A stretch of DNA of 64,000 bases from an uncultured Bacteroides sp. (lineage in GTDB: Bacteria; Bacteroidota; Bacteroidia; Bacteroidales; GCA-2748055): contig CAZCQL010000004.1 in assembly GCA_964500835.1 (NCBI GenBank), positions 10,590-74,589 of the forward strand, read 5' to 3'. Both the position numbers and the translations under genes were made by a program. This document shows positions 38,901 through 47,400 of the stretch, in pieces. Each line of letters starts with the position of its first letter. The stretch's first letter is position 1. The notes beneath the pieces are model-generated. The model saw only the letters and a program-made list of their open reading frames with translations, did not search any database and had not been told where the DNA came from.

Positions 38901-39162
38901 CAGATGGATCCCCAAATGGAATTTCAATACCACGGGACTCAAGAAATGATGCCACTCCTTTATACCTCGGTTTGCCATCCACATATGGAAGGTAATCTTC
39001 CTGATGAGTAAATTCTCTGAAAGCTTCCCCCAGCCTTTCTTCCCTGGCTTTCATGTAATCGTCAAACATTTTTTTCCACGCAGAAGCATGTACCAATGCT
39101 GTTTTGGTAATCACTCCATCCAGGTCAAAAATCACTGCGTCAAATTTGGGTTTAAATGCCAT
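35998..39162 (-). CDS. Beta-phosphoglucomutase (HAD) fused to GH65 glycoside phosphorylase
   Basis: HAD motifs FDLDGVIT, ASSS, KGKPEPDIF, VEDAVSG. GH65 motifs GNGYFGTRG, YRGHIFWDE, MFPWQSG, catalytic GPDEFHE, KQAD, HGSTLS. Confidence 0.93.
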   Translation of the reverse strand: MAFKPKFDAVIFDLDGVITKTALVHASAWKKMFDDYMKAREERLGEAFREFTHQEDYLPYVDGKPRYKGVASFLESRGIEIPFGDPSDAPDQETVCGLGNKKNIMFNEVLDMEGVEVYESSVEMLRGLKEAGVRIGVASSSKNCKPVLEKAGLLHYFETRVDGIVSAEIGLKGKPEPDIFTTACDNLGVKYHRSVVVEDAVSGVQAGRKGNFGFVLGVAREENTMELQIGGADIVVEDLREIGLEGINRWFETGMEQDGWKLDFYDYEQGMERSREALLAVGNGYFGTRGAMEESRANKINYPGTYISGLFNRLSSSIGERDIVNEDFVNVTNWLPITFRIDGGYWFEINSTSTFSIKSIHRSLEFKTGKLVREMLLEDEQGRITRVVSSRFAGMADPHRAGLSYKITPVNYSGRIGVKSELRGDHRNAGVERYNTLNQQQLSPVSEESLPGRIELVVETTQSNVLIAVCAKNKIINGGKGVSSKGNSGNGWIDREFEVDAKKGQSVILEKMVSIFTSRDPGVEDPLEEARATLEEMSSYEKEAQLSAGRWRELWDQMDVSVSGDREAQRLLRLHLFHMMVAASPHHAGLDSGIPPRGLHGEAYRGHIFWDELFILPFYNLHFPEVVKSVLMYRYRRLDAARAYALEYGYEGAMFPWQSGSDGREETQVIHLNPLSGEWGEDYSSLQRHISLAIAYNVWNYYHATADLDFMEKYGAEILFDICKFWASKSTYDESDSRYHIDKVMGPDEFHETIPGSGEGGLTDNAYSNIMVSWMMEKAFRILSDMDAGQKERVLNKIGITQDDLTRWKEIMTGLALIISDEGIVEQFKGYFDLKELDWNHYRNKYDDIHRLDRILKAEGKSPDDYKLAKQADFLMCFYNLGSAEVTHLIELLGYHVPETYVKSNFDYYLNRTSHGSTLSRLVHAKLAWQMNLQDTGWDLYLDALRSDLVDIQGGTTGEGVHCGVMAGTVYDVISGFGGLNLQGTIPVLNPCLPALWTGLDFRFTFRGTKFKVHVSKKLVKISGKNEGKEKIKIHLCGKEIELSQDEPVSISLN

Positions 39163-39251
39163 TTTGTTTATATTAAAAATTGGTAGTAGCCTATGAGGTT
39201 ACTAAATTTATAAAAGCGATTAAGCCCTCGAAGATAATAAATTGAGCATAC

Positions 39252-41474
39252 ATGAAACGTCTTATCCTGGCTTCAGATAAACTCCCGATAAATATTTCCT
39301 GGCAGGATAAGAATTACTCGATTCTTAAAACGGATGAACAGACCATTTCCGGACTACAGGACTTCTACGAGTTATTTCAACCAATATGGGTTGGACTCAC
39401 AGATTTCGAAAACCACGATTTCACTGCCAAAGAGATTAACATTCTGCAAAAAAAACTGGAAAATTTTAATTGCATTCCCATTTTTCCGAGATCACGGGAC
39501 CTGAATCTTTATCTCCACGGATTCTCAAGAAACACCATATGGCCACTGTTTCATTATTTTACAGAAAATGTGACTTACAGCGAGGTATCCTGGAAAGCCT
39601 ATGTGAAAATAAACAGGATGTATGCAGAGAAAATAATCCAGGTTATTGAAGCAGGTGACATTCTTTGGATACACGACTATCACCTCATGCTTCTTCCCCA
39701 GATGGTCAGACAGCAGAAACCCGGTATCACCATCGGGCTATTTATCCACGTGCCGTTTCCCTCGTTTGAGATTTTCAGGTTGTTGCCCTGGAGGCAAGAG
39801 ATTGTGGAGGGCATGCTGGGTGCTGATTTGATCGGTTTTCAGACTTATGATTATGTAAGGCACTTCATGAGTTCTGTACGGCGTCTGCTGGGAGTCGATT
39901 CCATTTTTAACAGAATCTCTATTGGTGAAAGAACACTCAAGGTTGATGTATTCCCCAAGGGCATTAACTACGACAGATTCAGAAACAAAGCCCTTTCAAT
40001 TCATAGTGATCAGCCGCGACATTCAATCATCCAGCAGGAAATGAAGCAGTTCAGAGAATCCGGACAGATTGAAAAGCTAATCATCTCTATCGATAAGCTG
40101 GACTATACCAAAGGAATACCACAAAGGTTAAGAGCATTCGAAAGGTTTTTACAAACCTACCCTGAGTACCAGGGCAGGGTCAGTCTCATTGTCCAGGCTA
40201 TTCCATCGGGGGAGACCAGTGAATCATTTTTCAATCTGAAAAGCAAGGTGGATGAATTGGTTGGCAGGCTCAATGGCAATTACGGGACACTCACCTGGAC
40301 CCCTGTCAGGTACCTGAACCAGACCTTTACCATGGACGAAAGAATTGATCTTTACTCGTTGTCAGACATTGCACTAATTCTTCCCATCAGAGATGGCATG
40401 AACCTGGTAGCCAAGGAATTTGTTGCCTCACGGCATGATGGTACCGGGGTATTAATTCTGAGTGAACTTGCAGGGGCCTCCAAAGAACTGCACGAGGCAC
40501 TTCTTGTCAATCCCAACGATCTTAATGCCATTTCAGAGGCCATTAAAGAGGCTATAGAAATGCCCGAACAGGAACAGGTAAGGAGGAACAAGGTGATGAT
40601 GCAGCGCCTTCAGCGGTTCACAGTAGCACGATGGGCCAATGAATTTATTAAGAGCCTGGAAGGAATTAAAGAAATACAGGAATTCACTCTTGCCAAGAAG
40701 GTTAACATCACGCGAATGCGGCAGATGGTGGCGGCATATCTTGGGAGCAAGCGCCGCATTTTTTTTCTTGATTATGACGGTACACTTGCCTGGTTTAAGA
40801 AAGATCCGGAAGATGCGAAACCGGACAAGCAGCTGTTCGGCATCCTCATGGAATTAACTTCCGACAAAAATAATACGGTAGTAATCATCAGTGGACGCGA
40901 CAAGGAAACCCTGGGCAGATGGTTTGATGATTCTTGTCAAATCCATTTCATCGCAGAACATGGAGTCTGGTTGCGTAAACCTGGAAAAGCATGGCACATG
41001 CTGGAACAGATCGATAATGAATGGAAAGAGTCGGTGCAGCCCTTGCTGGAGTACTATGTGGACCGGACACCCAAATCGTTTATCGAGCAGAAGAATTTCT
41101 CCCTGGTCTGGCATTACCGGAATTCCGATCCTGACCTTGGTATGCAGCGGGCCTGGGAATTAAAAGATGAATTACGGACCCTGACCTCCAACCTGAATCT
41201 GGAAATTATGGATGGGGACAAAGTATTGGAAATCAAGTTCGCCGGTATAAATAAGGGGCGGGCTGCACTCCAGAAGATGGGCCAAAAATCATATGATTTT
41301 ATCCTTGCTGTAGGAGATGACTGGACCGATGAATATACATTTGATGCCATGCCTGAGGAGGCTTATACCATCAAAGTTGGGACAAAGGCTACCAAAGCTT
41401 CATACTATATTGAGAGCGTCGAGTTGGTAAGGGAATTGTTGTGTCGATTCAGAAGAGAGAATTGTGATGGGTAA
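39252..41474 (+). CDS. GT20 trehalose-6-phosphate synthase-like domain fused to trehalose-6-phosphate phosphatase (TPS site degenerate)
   Basis: WIHDYHL, FIHVPFPS, DGMNLVAKE, LSELAGAS; TPP motifs FLDYDGTL, ISGR, AEHG, GDDWTDE. The usual SNRLP/GGL/DRLD/PSR motifs read SDKLP/EQT/DKLD/PSG. Confidence 0.92.
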   Translation: MKRLILASDKLPINISWQDKNYSILKTDEQTISGLQDFYELFQPIWVGLTDFENHDFTAKEINILQKKLENFNCIPIFPRSRDLNLYLHGFSRNTIWPLFHYFTENVTYSEVSWKAYVKINRMYAEKIIQVIEAGDILWIHDYHLMLLPQMVRQQKPGITIGLFIHVPFPSFEIFRLLPWRQEIVEGMLGADLIGFQTYDYVRHFMSSVRRLLGVDSIFNRISIGERTLKVDVFPKGINYDRFRNKALSIHSDQPRHSIIQQEMKQFRESGQIEKLIISIDKLDYTKGIPQRLRAFERFLQTYPEYQGRVSLIVQAIPSGETSESFFNLKSKVDELVGRLNGNYGTLTWTPVRYLNQTFTMDERIDLYSLSDIALILPIRDGMNLVAKEFVASRHDGTGVLILSELAGASKELHEALLVNPNDLNAISEAIKEAIEMPEQEQVRRNKVMMQRLQRFTVARWANEFIKSLEGIKEIQEFTLAKKVNITRMRQMVAAYLGSKRRIFFLDYDGTLAWFKKDPEDAKPDKQLFGILMELTSDKNNTVVIISGRDKETLGRWFDDSCQIHFIAEHGVWLRKPGKAWHMLEQIDNEWKESVQPLLEYYVDRTPKSFIEQKNFSLVWHYRNSDPDLGMQRAWELKDELRTLTSNLNLEIMDGDKVLEIKFAGINKGRAALQKMGQKSYDFILAVGDDWTDEYTFDAMPEEAYTIKVGTKATKASYYIESVELVRELLCRFRRENCDG

Positions 41475-42177
41475 AAATACCAAGATTCGTTGTTTTATGC
41501 ATGTGCCCTTTGAGGGTCCGGGAATTATTGCTGATTGGGCAAAAAGGAAAAACCATCCCATGGAGTATACCCGATTCTATGAGAGCGACCCCTTGCCCGA
41601 GATCTCGTCGGTCGATTTTCTGGTGATCATGGGCGGACCCATGAATGTGTTTGATTTCCATATTCATCCCTGGATGCAGGACGAGATCGACTGGGTAACC
41701 AATTACCTGAATGCCGGCAAGCCTGTTTTGGGAATATGCCTTGGTGCCCAGATACTTGCAACTGCTTTAGGGGAGGAAGTCTACCCGGGCTCCCAGAAGG
41801 AGATTGGCTGGCACAACCTGCAGTTTCTTCCCTCTTTGGGCGATTTCAGGCTCTGGAAAGATCTACCTTCTTCCCGAAAGGTATTTCACTGGCACGGAGA
41901 TACATTTCCCATACCGAATGGGGCCATTCGGATTGCCAGTTCACAGTCATTCCCTAATCAGGGGTTCATATACCAAAACAAAGTTCTGGCTCTCCAATTC
42001 CACCTGGAAGTCACTCCTGACTCGGTAAAGGGAATAGTGGAAAATAACAGGAATGAACTGGTTCCCGGTCCTTTTATTCAGTCCGAAGAGGGAATCCTGG
42101 GTGAGCTGAACATGTATAAAGAAAATCAGGATTTGATGATCCGGCTTCTTGATTATCTTTGGGGGTTTATTTCTTAA
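41464..42177 (+). CDS. Class I glutamine amidotransferase domain protein
   Basis: HVPFEGPG, MGGPM, nucleophile elbow GICLGAQ, WHGD, QFHLE; overlaps the TPS-TPP stop. Confidence 0.9.
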   Translation: MMGKNTKIRCFMHVPFEGPGIIADWAKRKNHPMEYTRFYESDPLPEISSVDFLVIMGGPMNVFDFHIHPWMQDEIDWVTNYLNAGKPVLGICLGAQILATALGEEVYPGSQKEIGWHNLQFLPSLGDFRLWKDLPSSRKVFHWHGDTFPIPNGAIRIASSQSFPNQGFIYQNKVLALQFHLEVTPDSVKGIVENNRNELVPGPFIQSEEGILGELNMYKENQDLMIRLLDYLWGFIS

Positions 42178-42202
42178 AACCGGCTGTAACCACTCTTCTC
42201 GT

Positions 42203-44371
42203 ATGAAACCAATACTGACGATTCTCCTGGTGTGTCTATTCGCAATATCCCAATCTCTTATGAGTCAGGCAATCCCAGTCAATAGAGGCTCTTTTAGCTT
42301 GCATGCCAAAAAAATAAACCAACACATGGAAATAGATGGACTCCTGGATGAACCAGTCTGGTCGGAGAGTGAAAGGACTTCGGCCTTTCACAGGATCCTC
42401 CCAATCGATACAGGGTATGCACAGGCTCAAACAGAGGTGATGATCGCATACGATGAAACGAACATCTACATGGGGATCATCTGTCACGATACCCTCCCTG
42501 GCAAAAGGCCTGCGGAATCCCTTCGGCGGGACTGGAGCTTTGGGAGAAACGACAACTTCTTTGCAGCCATTGATACGTACAATGACCAGACCAATGGGTT
42601 TGCATTCGGGATCTCGTCTGCTGGAGCACAATGGGATGGTATGCAGGCCAACGGCGGGTTTGTTGATAACAATTGGGACGGAAAATATTATTCTGCTGTC
42701 CAGAATTATCCCGATAAATGGGTAGCGGAATTCAGCATCCCCTTCCGAACAATCCGTTACAGGGAGGGCGATAGTGAATGGGGCATCAATTTCAGCCGTC
42801 TGGATCTGAAAGCCAATGAAAAATCGAGCTGGGCACCGGTACCCAGACAGTTCCAGTCTGCGAACCTGGCCTACACCGGCTCCCTTGTATGGGAAGAACC
42901 CCCTCCTCCTTCCGGGGTGCGTTTTTCGGTAATCCCCTATGCATCAGGAAAAGCGACCCATCAGAAAGAAGCGGCGGAAGATATTAAGCTGGGAGGCGGG
43001 GCAGGCCTCGATGCAAAAGTGATCCTCTCCACTTCCTTGAACCTGGATGTAACCATCAATCCCGACTACTCGCAGGTGGAGGTGGACAGACAACAGCTGA
43101 ACCTTGATCGGTTCGAGCTGTTCTTTCCTGAAAAGCGGAAGTTCTTTCTTGAAAACAGTGACCTGTTTGCCAATCTGGGAGCTGAAAACTTGCGCCCTTT
43201 TTTTTCCAGGCGGATAGGACTCAATAGTCCGGTACTTGCCGGAGCGAGGCTCAGCGGCAATGTAGGTGAAGATTGGCGGATAGGAATAATGAATATGCAA
43301 ACAGGAGTCAAGGAACAGAATTCTGCAGATAATTTTAGTGTGGCCGTGCTGCAGCGTAAGGTATTCAGTCGCTCCAACGTCGCTGTTTTTATGACAAATA
43401 AACAGGTGGTAACCGCCCCTGATGATACGGCCTATAATGCATATAGTTTTAACCGCGTAGCGGGGGCCGAGTTCAATTTTGCAAGCGCCGATAACAACTG
43501 GACCGGTAAAACCTTCTTTCACCAATCATTCACTCCCGGGCCTGAAGGCAATCGATTTTCAACAGCTGCCATGATCCACTATAATACTCAACAATTCTCG
43601 GCAGGCTGGAACCAGTCTTATGTGGGTGGCAACTACCTGGCCGAGATGGGATTTGTCAGGCGAAAAGGCTACCACCAGGCGACTCCGAATATCGGATACC
43701 AGTTCTATCCCATGTCCAAAAGCATCGCCAATCACGGTCCAGAGGTAACCGTGGATCTCTTCTTTGATCCGGATTTGTCAATGACCGATCGGGAAATTGA
43801 CCTGAGTTATTCTCTGACATGGATCGATAGAAGCAGAATCTCTGTTGAATTAGAGGAAGGCTATGTCAAGCTATTTGAGCCTTTCGATCCAACAAACACA
43901 GGTGGCGAGATGCTGCCTTCCGGTAGCGAATTCAACTGGACTGAGCTGGCACTGACCTACCAATCCAACCAGCGTCAACTCTTCACTTACCAATTGCAGG
44001 GGCGGTATGGTGGATTTTTCAATGGTACTCGGAAAAGCCTGAATAGTGAACTGAATTACCGTGTCCAGCCTTACGGAAGTCTTTCACTCATCACATCTTT
44101 CAACAGGATTGAGCTTCCGGATCCCTATACCAGCGCCGACTTAGTACTGATAGGACCCCGGCTGGATATTACCTTCACAGAGGCCCTCTTCTTTACCACC
44201 TTTATCCAATTCAACAACCAGGTCGATAACCTGAATATGAACATGCGGCTTCAATGGAGGTTCGCTCCTGTATCAGACCTTTTTATCGTCTATACGGAAA
44301 ATTCCTATCCAAAAGGACTTCTTACGAAAAACCGGGGGATTGTGCTAAAGCTCTCTTACTGGCTGAATTAA
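42203..44371 (+). CDS. CBM9-like domain plus DUF5916 outer-membrane barrel protein
   Basis: Signal peptide; IDGLLDEPVW, DTYNDQTN, AEFSIPFRTIRY, TINPDYSQVE, FFPEKRKFFLE, FFSRRIGL; C-terminal KLSYWLN. Confidence 0.85.
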   Translation: MKPILTILLVCLFAISQSLMSQAIPVNRGSFSLHAKKINQHMEIDGLLDEPVWSESERTSAFHRILPIDTGYAQAQTEVMIAYDETNIYMGIICHDTLPGKRPAESLRRDWSFGRNDNFFAAIDTYNDQTNGFAFGISSAGAQWDGMQANGGFVDNNWDGKYYSAVQNYPDKWVAEFSIPFRTIRYREGDSEWGINFSRLDLKANEKSSWAPVPRQFQSANLAYTGSLVWEEPPPPSGVRFSVIPYASGKATHQKEAAEDIKLGGGAGLDAKVILSTSLNLDVTINPDYSQVEVDRQQLNLDRFELFFPEKRKFFLENSDLFANLGAENLRPFFSRRIGLNSPVLAGARLSGNVGEDWRIGIMNMQTGVKEQNSADNFSVAVLQRKVFSRSNVAVFMTNKQVVTAPDDTAYNAYSFNRVAGAEFNFASADNNWTGKTFFHQSFTPGPEGNRFSTAAMIHYNTQQFSAGWNQSYVGGNYLAEMGFVRRKGYHQATPNIGYQFYPMSKSIANHGPEVTVDLFFDPDLSMTDREIDLSYSLTWIDRSRISVELEEGYVKLFEPFDPTNTGGEMLPSGSEFNWTELALTYQSNQRQLFTYQLQGRYGGFFNGTRKSLNSELNYRVQPYGSLSLITSFNRIELPDPYTSADLVLIGPRLDITFTEALFFTTFIQFNNQVDNLNMNMRLQWRFAPVSDLFIVYTENSYPKGLLTKNRGIVLKLSYWLN

Positions 44372-44409
44372 AATTTTCCCGGAATTAGAAACAGGAACGA
44401 AATACTTCA

Positions 44410-47400
44410 TCATTTCAAGAGTATTACTTTTTCCACATGGCTGCCAATTTTTATCAAGAGGAAATTTGAATTGTAGACAGAAAGATCAAGGATTGCTTTT
44501 CCAAATTCATTTAATACCGCTTTTCCTGCCAGCTGGCCATTAAGATTATATATTTCAATAAGTTGCTGTGGGTAATGTAAGCCTTCTATAGTTACTGTAC
44601 GTCTCGTTGGATTGGGAAATATTTTTAAGGCCACTTGAGCAGCAGCCGGGGGTACTGAAACAACATGCTCCAACGAATCAACCACCCAATTTTCAGGAAA
44701 ATGATTATCCAGACCGGGATCCATGAGTTGGAATACACCCAAATCAGAAAATCCTTCCATGGGCCACCTCCCGATATTTTCGTACTGCAGAAAATCAATG
44801 ACTATCCCATGGTTATCCTCTAACTGGATACCCTCTCCATTATTGGATAATTTACCACTCTCCCACTTTAAAACCTCATAGGGCTGACTCCGCCAACCTG
44901 GAAATGCCACATCATCGGTGAGATAAATGACTTCTTTGGGGTCTAATAGAGTTCCTTCCGGAAGTGTAACGGTGATGCCCTTCGTGATGGAAAAGTTCGA
45001 AAGATCGACTTGTAAGGAGGATGGATTATAGAGTGATAAAAATTCCGGGACATTCAGGTTGCCTGCGTTAATATAAAATTGATTAATCATCACTGCGGGC
45101 TCAATATCATCATGCAAAATCTGGGTCCCCATATCAACCGAAATACCATCGTGCAAGCCCGACAGGAGACCCGGGGATTCGGAATTTAACCTGAAGTCGA
45201 AAAAAGATGGCCGCTCAAAAAGTGGATTGCCAAACAAGTTGGATGACTGGCCTGGTACCAATGGGTTATCGGTGAGGCTAAAACTGATCTCCAACGAAGA
45301 GTACGGATCGACATACAATGGAGCATGTGATGTATTGGAAAGAATGCTGTTGGTAATCCGTACATTCCCCCCTGCAAAACCTAGGTTCTTTTCATAGCTG
45401 GCCACAGCGTCGACATTGTTATAAAAAATACACTGGTTAATAATCGTACGCCCTGAATCTTTAACTGCCACACCCGTATGACAATTAATAAATACACTGT
45501 TCTGAATAGAAGCGGATGATCGTTGTCCAATCGAGACACCTTTGTCGGTGATATTAAATACGAATATGCTGTCGATGGATATATTTGTGGAGTTCTCCCC
45601 GATATCAATGGCATCACTATTCACACCCAGAAAGTCCCGGATTTGACAGTTCCGGATAATGCCGTTTTCAATTTCATCATAATCGATCGCATCTGTATCG
45701 GGACGATCATTTCCAACAAAGCGGCAGTTTTTTATTATTGCGCTGCCATATTTCACGTTGATCAGGTCACCTGTCACCTCGGAATGAAGGTTACTGTTAG
45801 TAAGTGTTATTCCTGAATACCTGGCAGAAATCGGATTTCTACGCACATTCGTGAGAGTCAGGTTGTCAAGAACCAAATCTGCGTGAAATGCCGAAATGGC
45901 TGCAATGTCTATCACCGGATCCGGTCCAATGGAAGCATCTTCAATGGTCAGATAATTCAAGATGGATTCCCGGGGAGTATTTCTGAATGAAATAATGCCC
46001 CAACTGCCAGTTTCATAATCTGGATTTAGCCTGATGGTGATCCCATTGTCCCTGGTTCCCAGGGCATGCACAATTCCTCTAACTGATATAGAAGCACCAG
46101 TGGGCATCCAAATCTCAACTCCTGGCTCAATGGTCAATGTGGCATTTTCGTTGACTGTTACTTCCCCCCTGGCCAGGTATGGAGAGCAGGCAGCTGACAA
46201 GGTCAGATCCTCTGAGATAGTATCCGGAATGATGCAGTTACTGGTGGCTGTATAGAGGGCAGTTAAACTGATATCCTCCTCCAGAACGAGGGTGTAGAGC
46301 TTGGATTCCGACACGATTAGGTTGCTTGACTGATAGACTGACAATTCCAAATCGAAGCTTATATCGCTGCTGGTACTGTGATACTGGTGAACTTCAACGG
46401 CTAAAATATTCCCCCCCGCATGCATCAGGCTGCTATCCACCATGTATGAAATGTAGGTCGACTCCGCATTCCCGGACATTGCTTGTGTTGCTTCGGTGTG
46501 GTAATTTACATTGCCAGAGTTCATATTTGAGCGTGCAATTTCAACTCCATTGAGGTATACAATTGCTCCATCATCCTTCAGTAAGTTGATGGTAAATTGC
46601 CCTTTATGTTTTTCCTGCTCTGAAACAGTAAATTTCTTTCTGAAGTACGTGGTTATGTATTTATTCTGACTATCTGCTCCGAAACCCACAACGGTGCTCT
46701 CATCGCCGTCGCCATAACCCAATTGGGCATTCCCGGATTTCCATGAGACATCGGAGTATCCATCTCCGATCCAGCTGGTCCCTAAATCTGCTCCCGTATC
46801 CAGATATTTCCATACCGACCCTTTTGGAACGATGGTTTGTCTAACCGATTTTGCCCAGCCAAGAAATTCATACCCGGGTTTATTCTCGGCTAAGAGCTCC
46901 ACGGGCATATCTTTAAGGAAAGGGCCGCTGCAAAACGATCCTGGTACGATGAGTTGATCTATTTTCAGTGAGCCGGCATTCTCGGGAAATATGGCAAGTC
47001 TCAGGTTGGCGGAAGCACTATAGCCATGCGATTTCATATCGGCTAACAGCGCGTACGGCCTCTCCTTCACGAAGATTTTCAGTTTCTCAACTTCACTTTT
47101 CCAATAATCAACGGAAGGCATGGCATTGCCGTAAGCGGAGGTGGTTCCTTCCCATCTGCTTACATGCCGTGGTATTTCTGCTTCAATATCCTTCACGTGA
47201 CCCTTAATCAATTGCTTCATCCGTGTTGGATTAAAGCTGGTAAAGAGATGTCCGGCCAGCCTTCTGGCAAAATAGTCCTTATAAGATTGATTATCCAGAA
47301 GCTCCTTTAACAACAACTGTTGTTTTGAAATGTAAAAACTAATCAGATTGCTGGTCGGATTGAAATATCCCCGGTCGGTATCCAATAATACCCACTTCCA

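Noticed and set aside
42944-43525. 193-aa minus ORF, representative of long shadow ORFs (also 729-1214, 35487-35981, 51426-51968, 59053-59628)
   Set aside because: Fully antisense to well-supported genes and lacking motifs.
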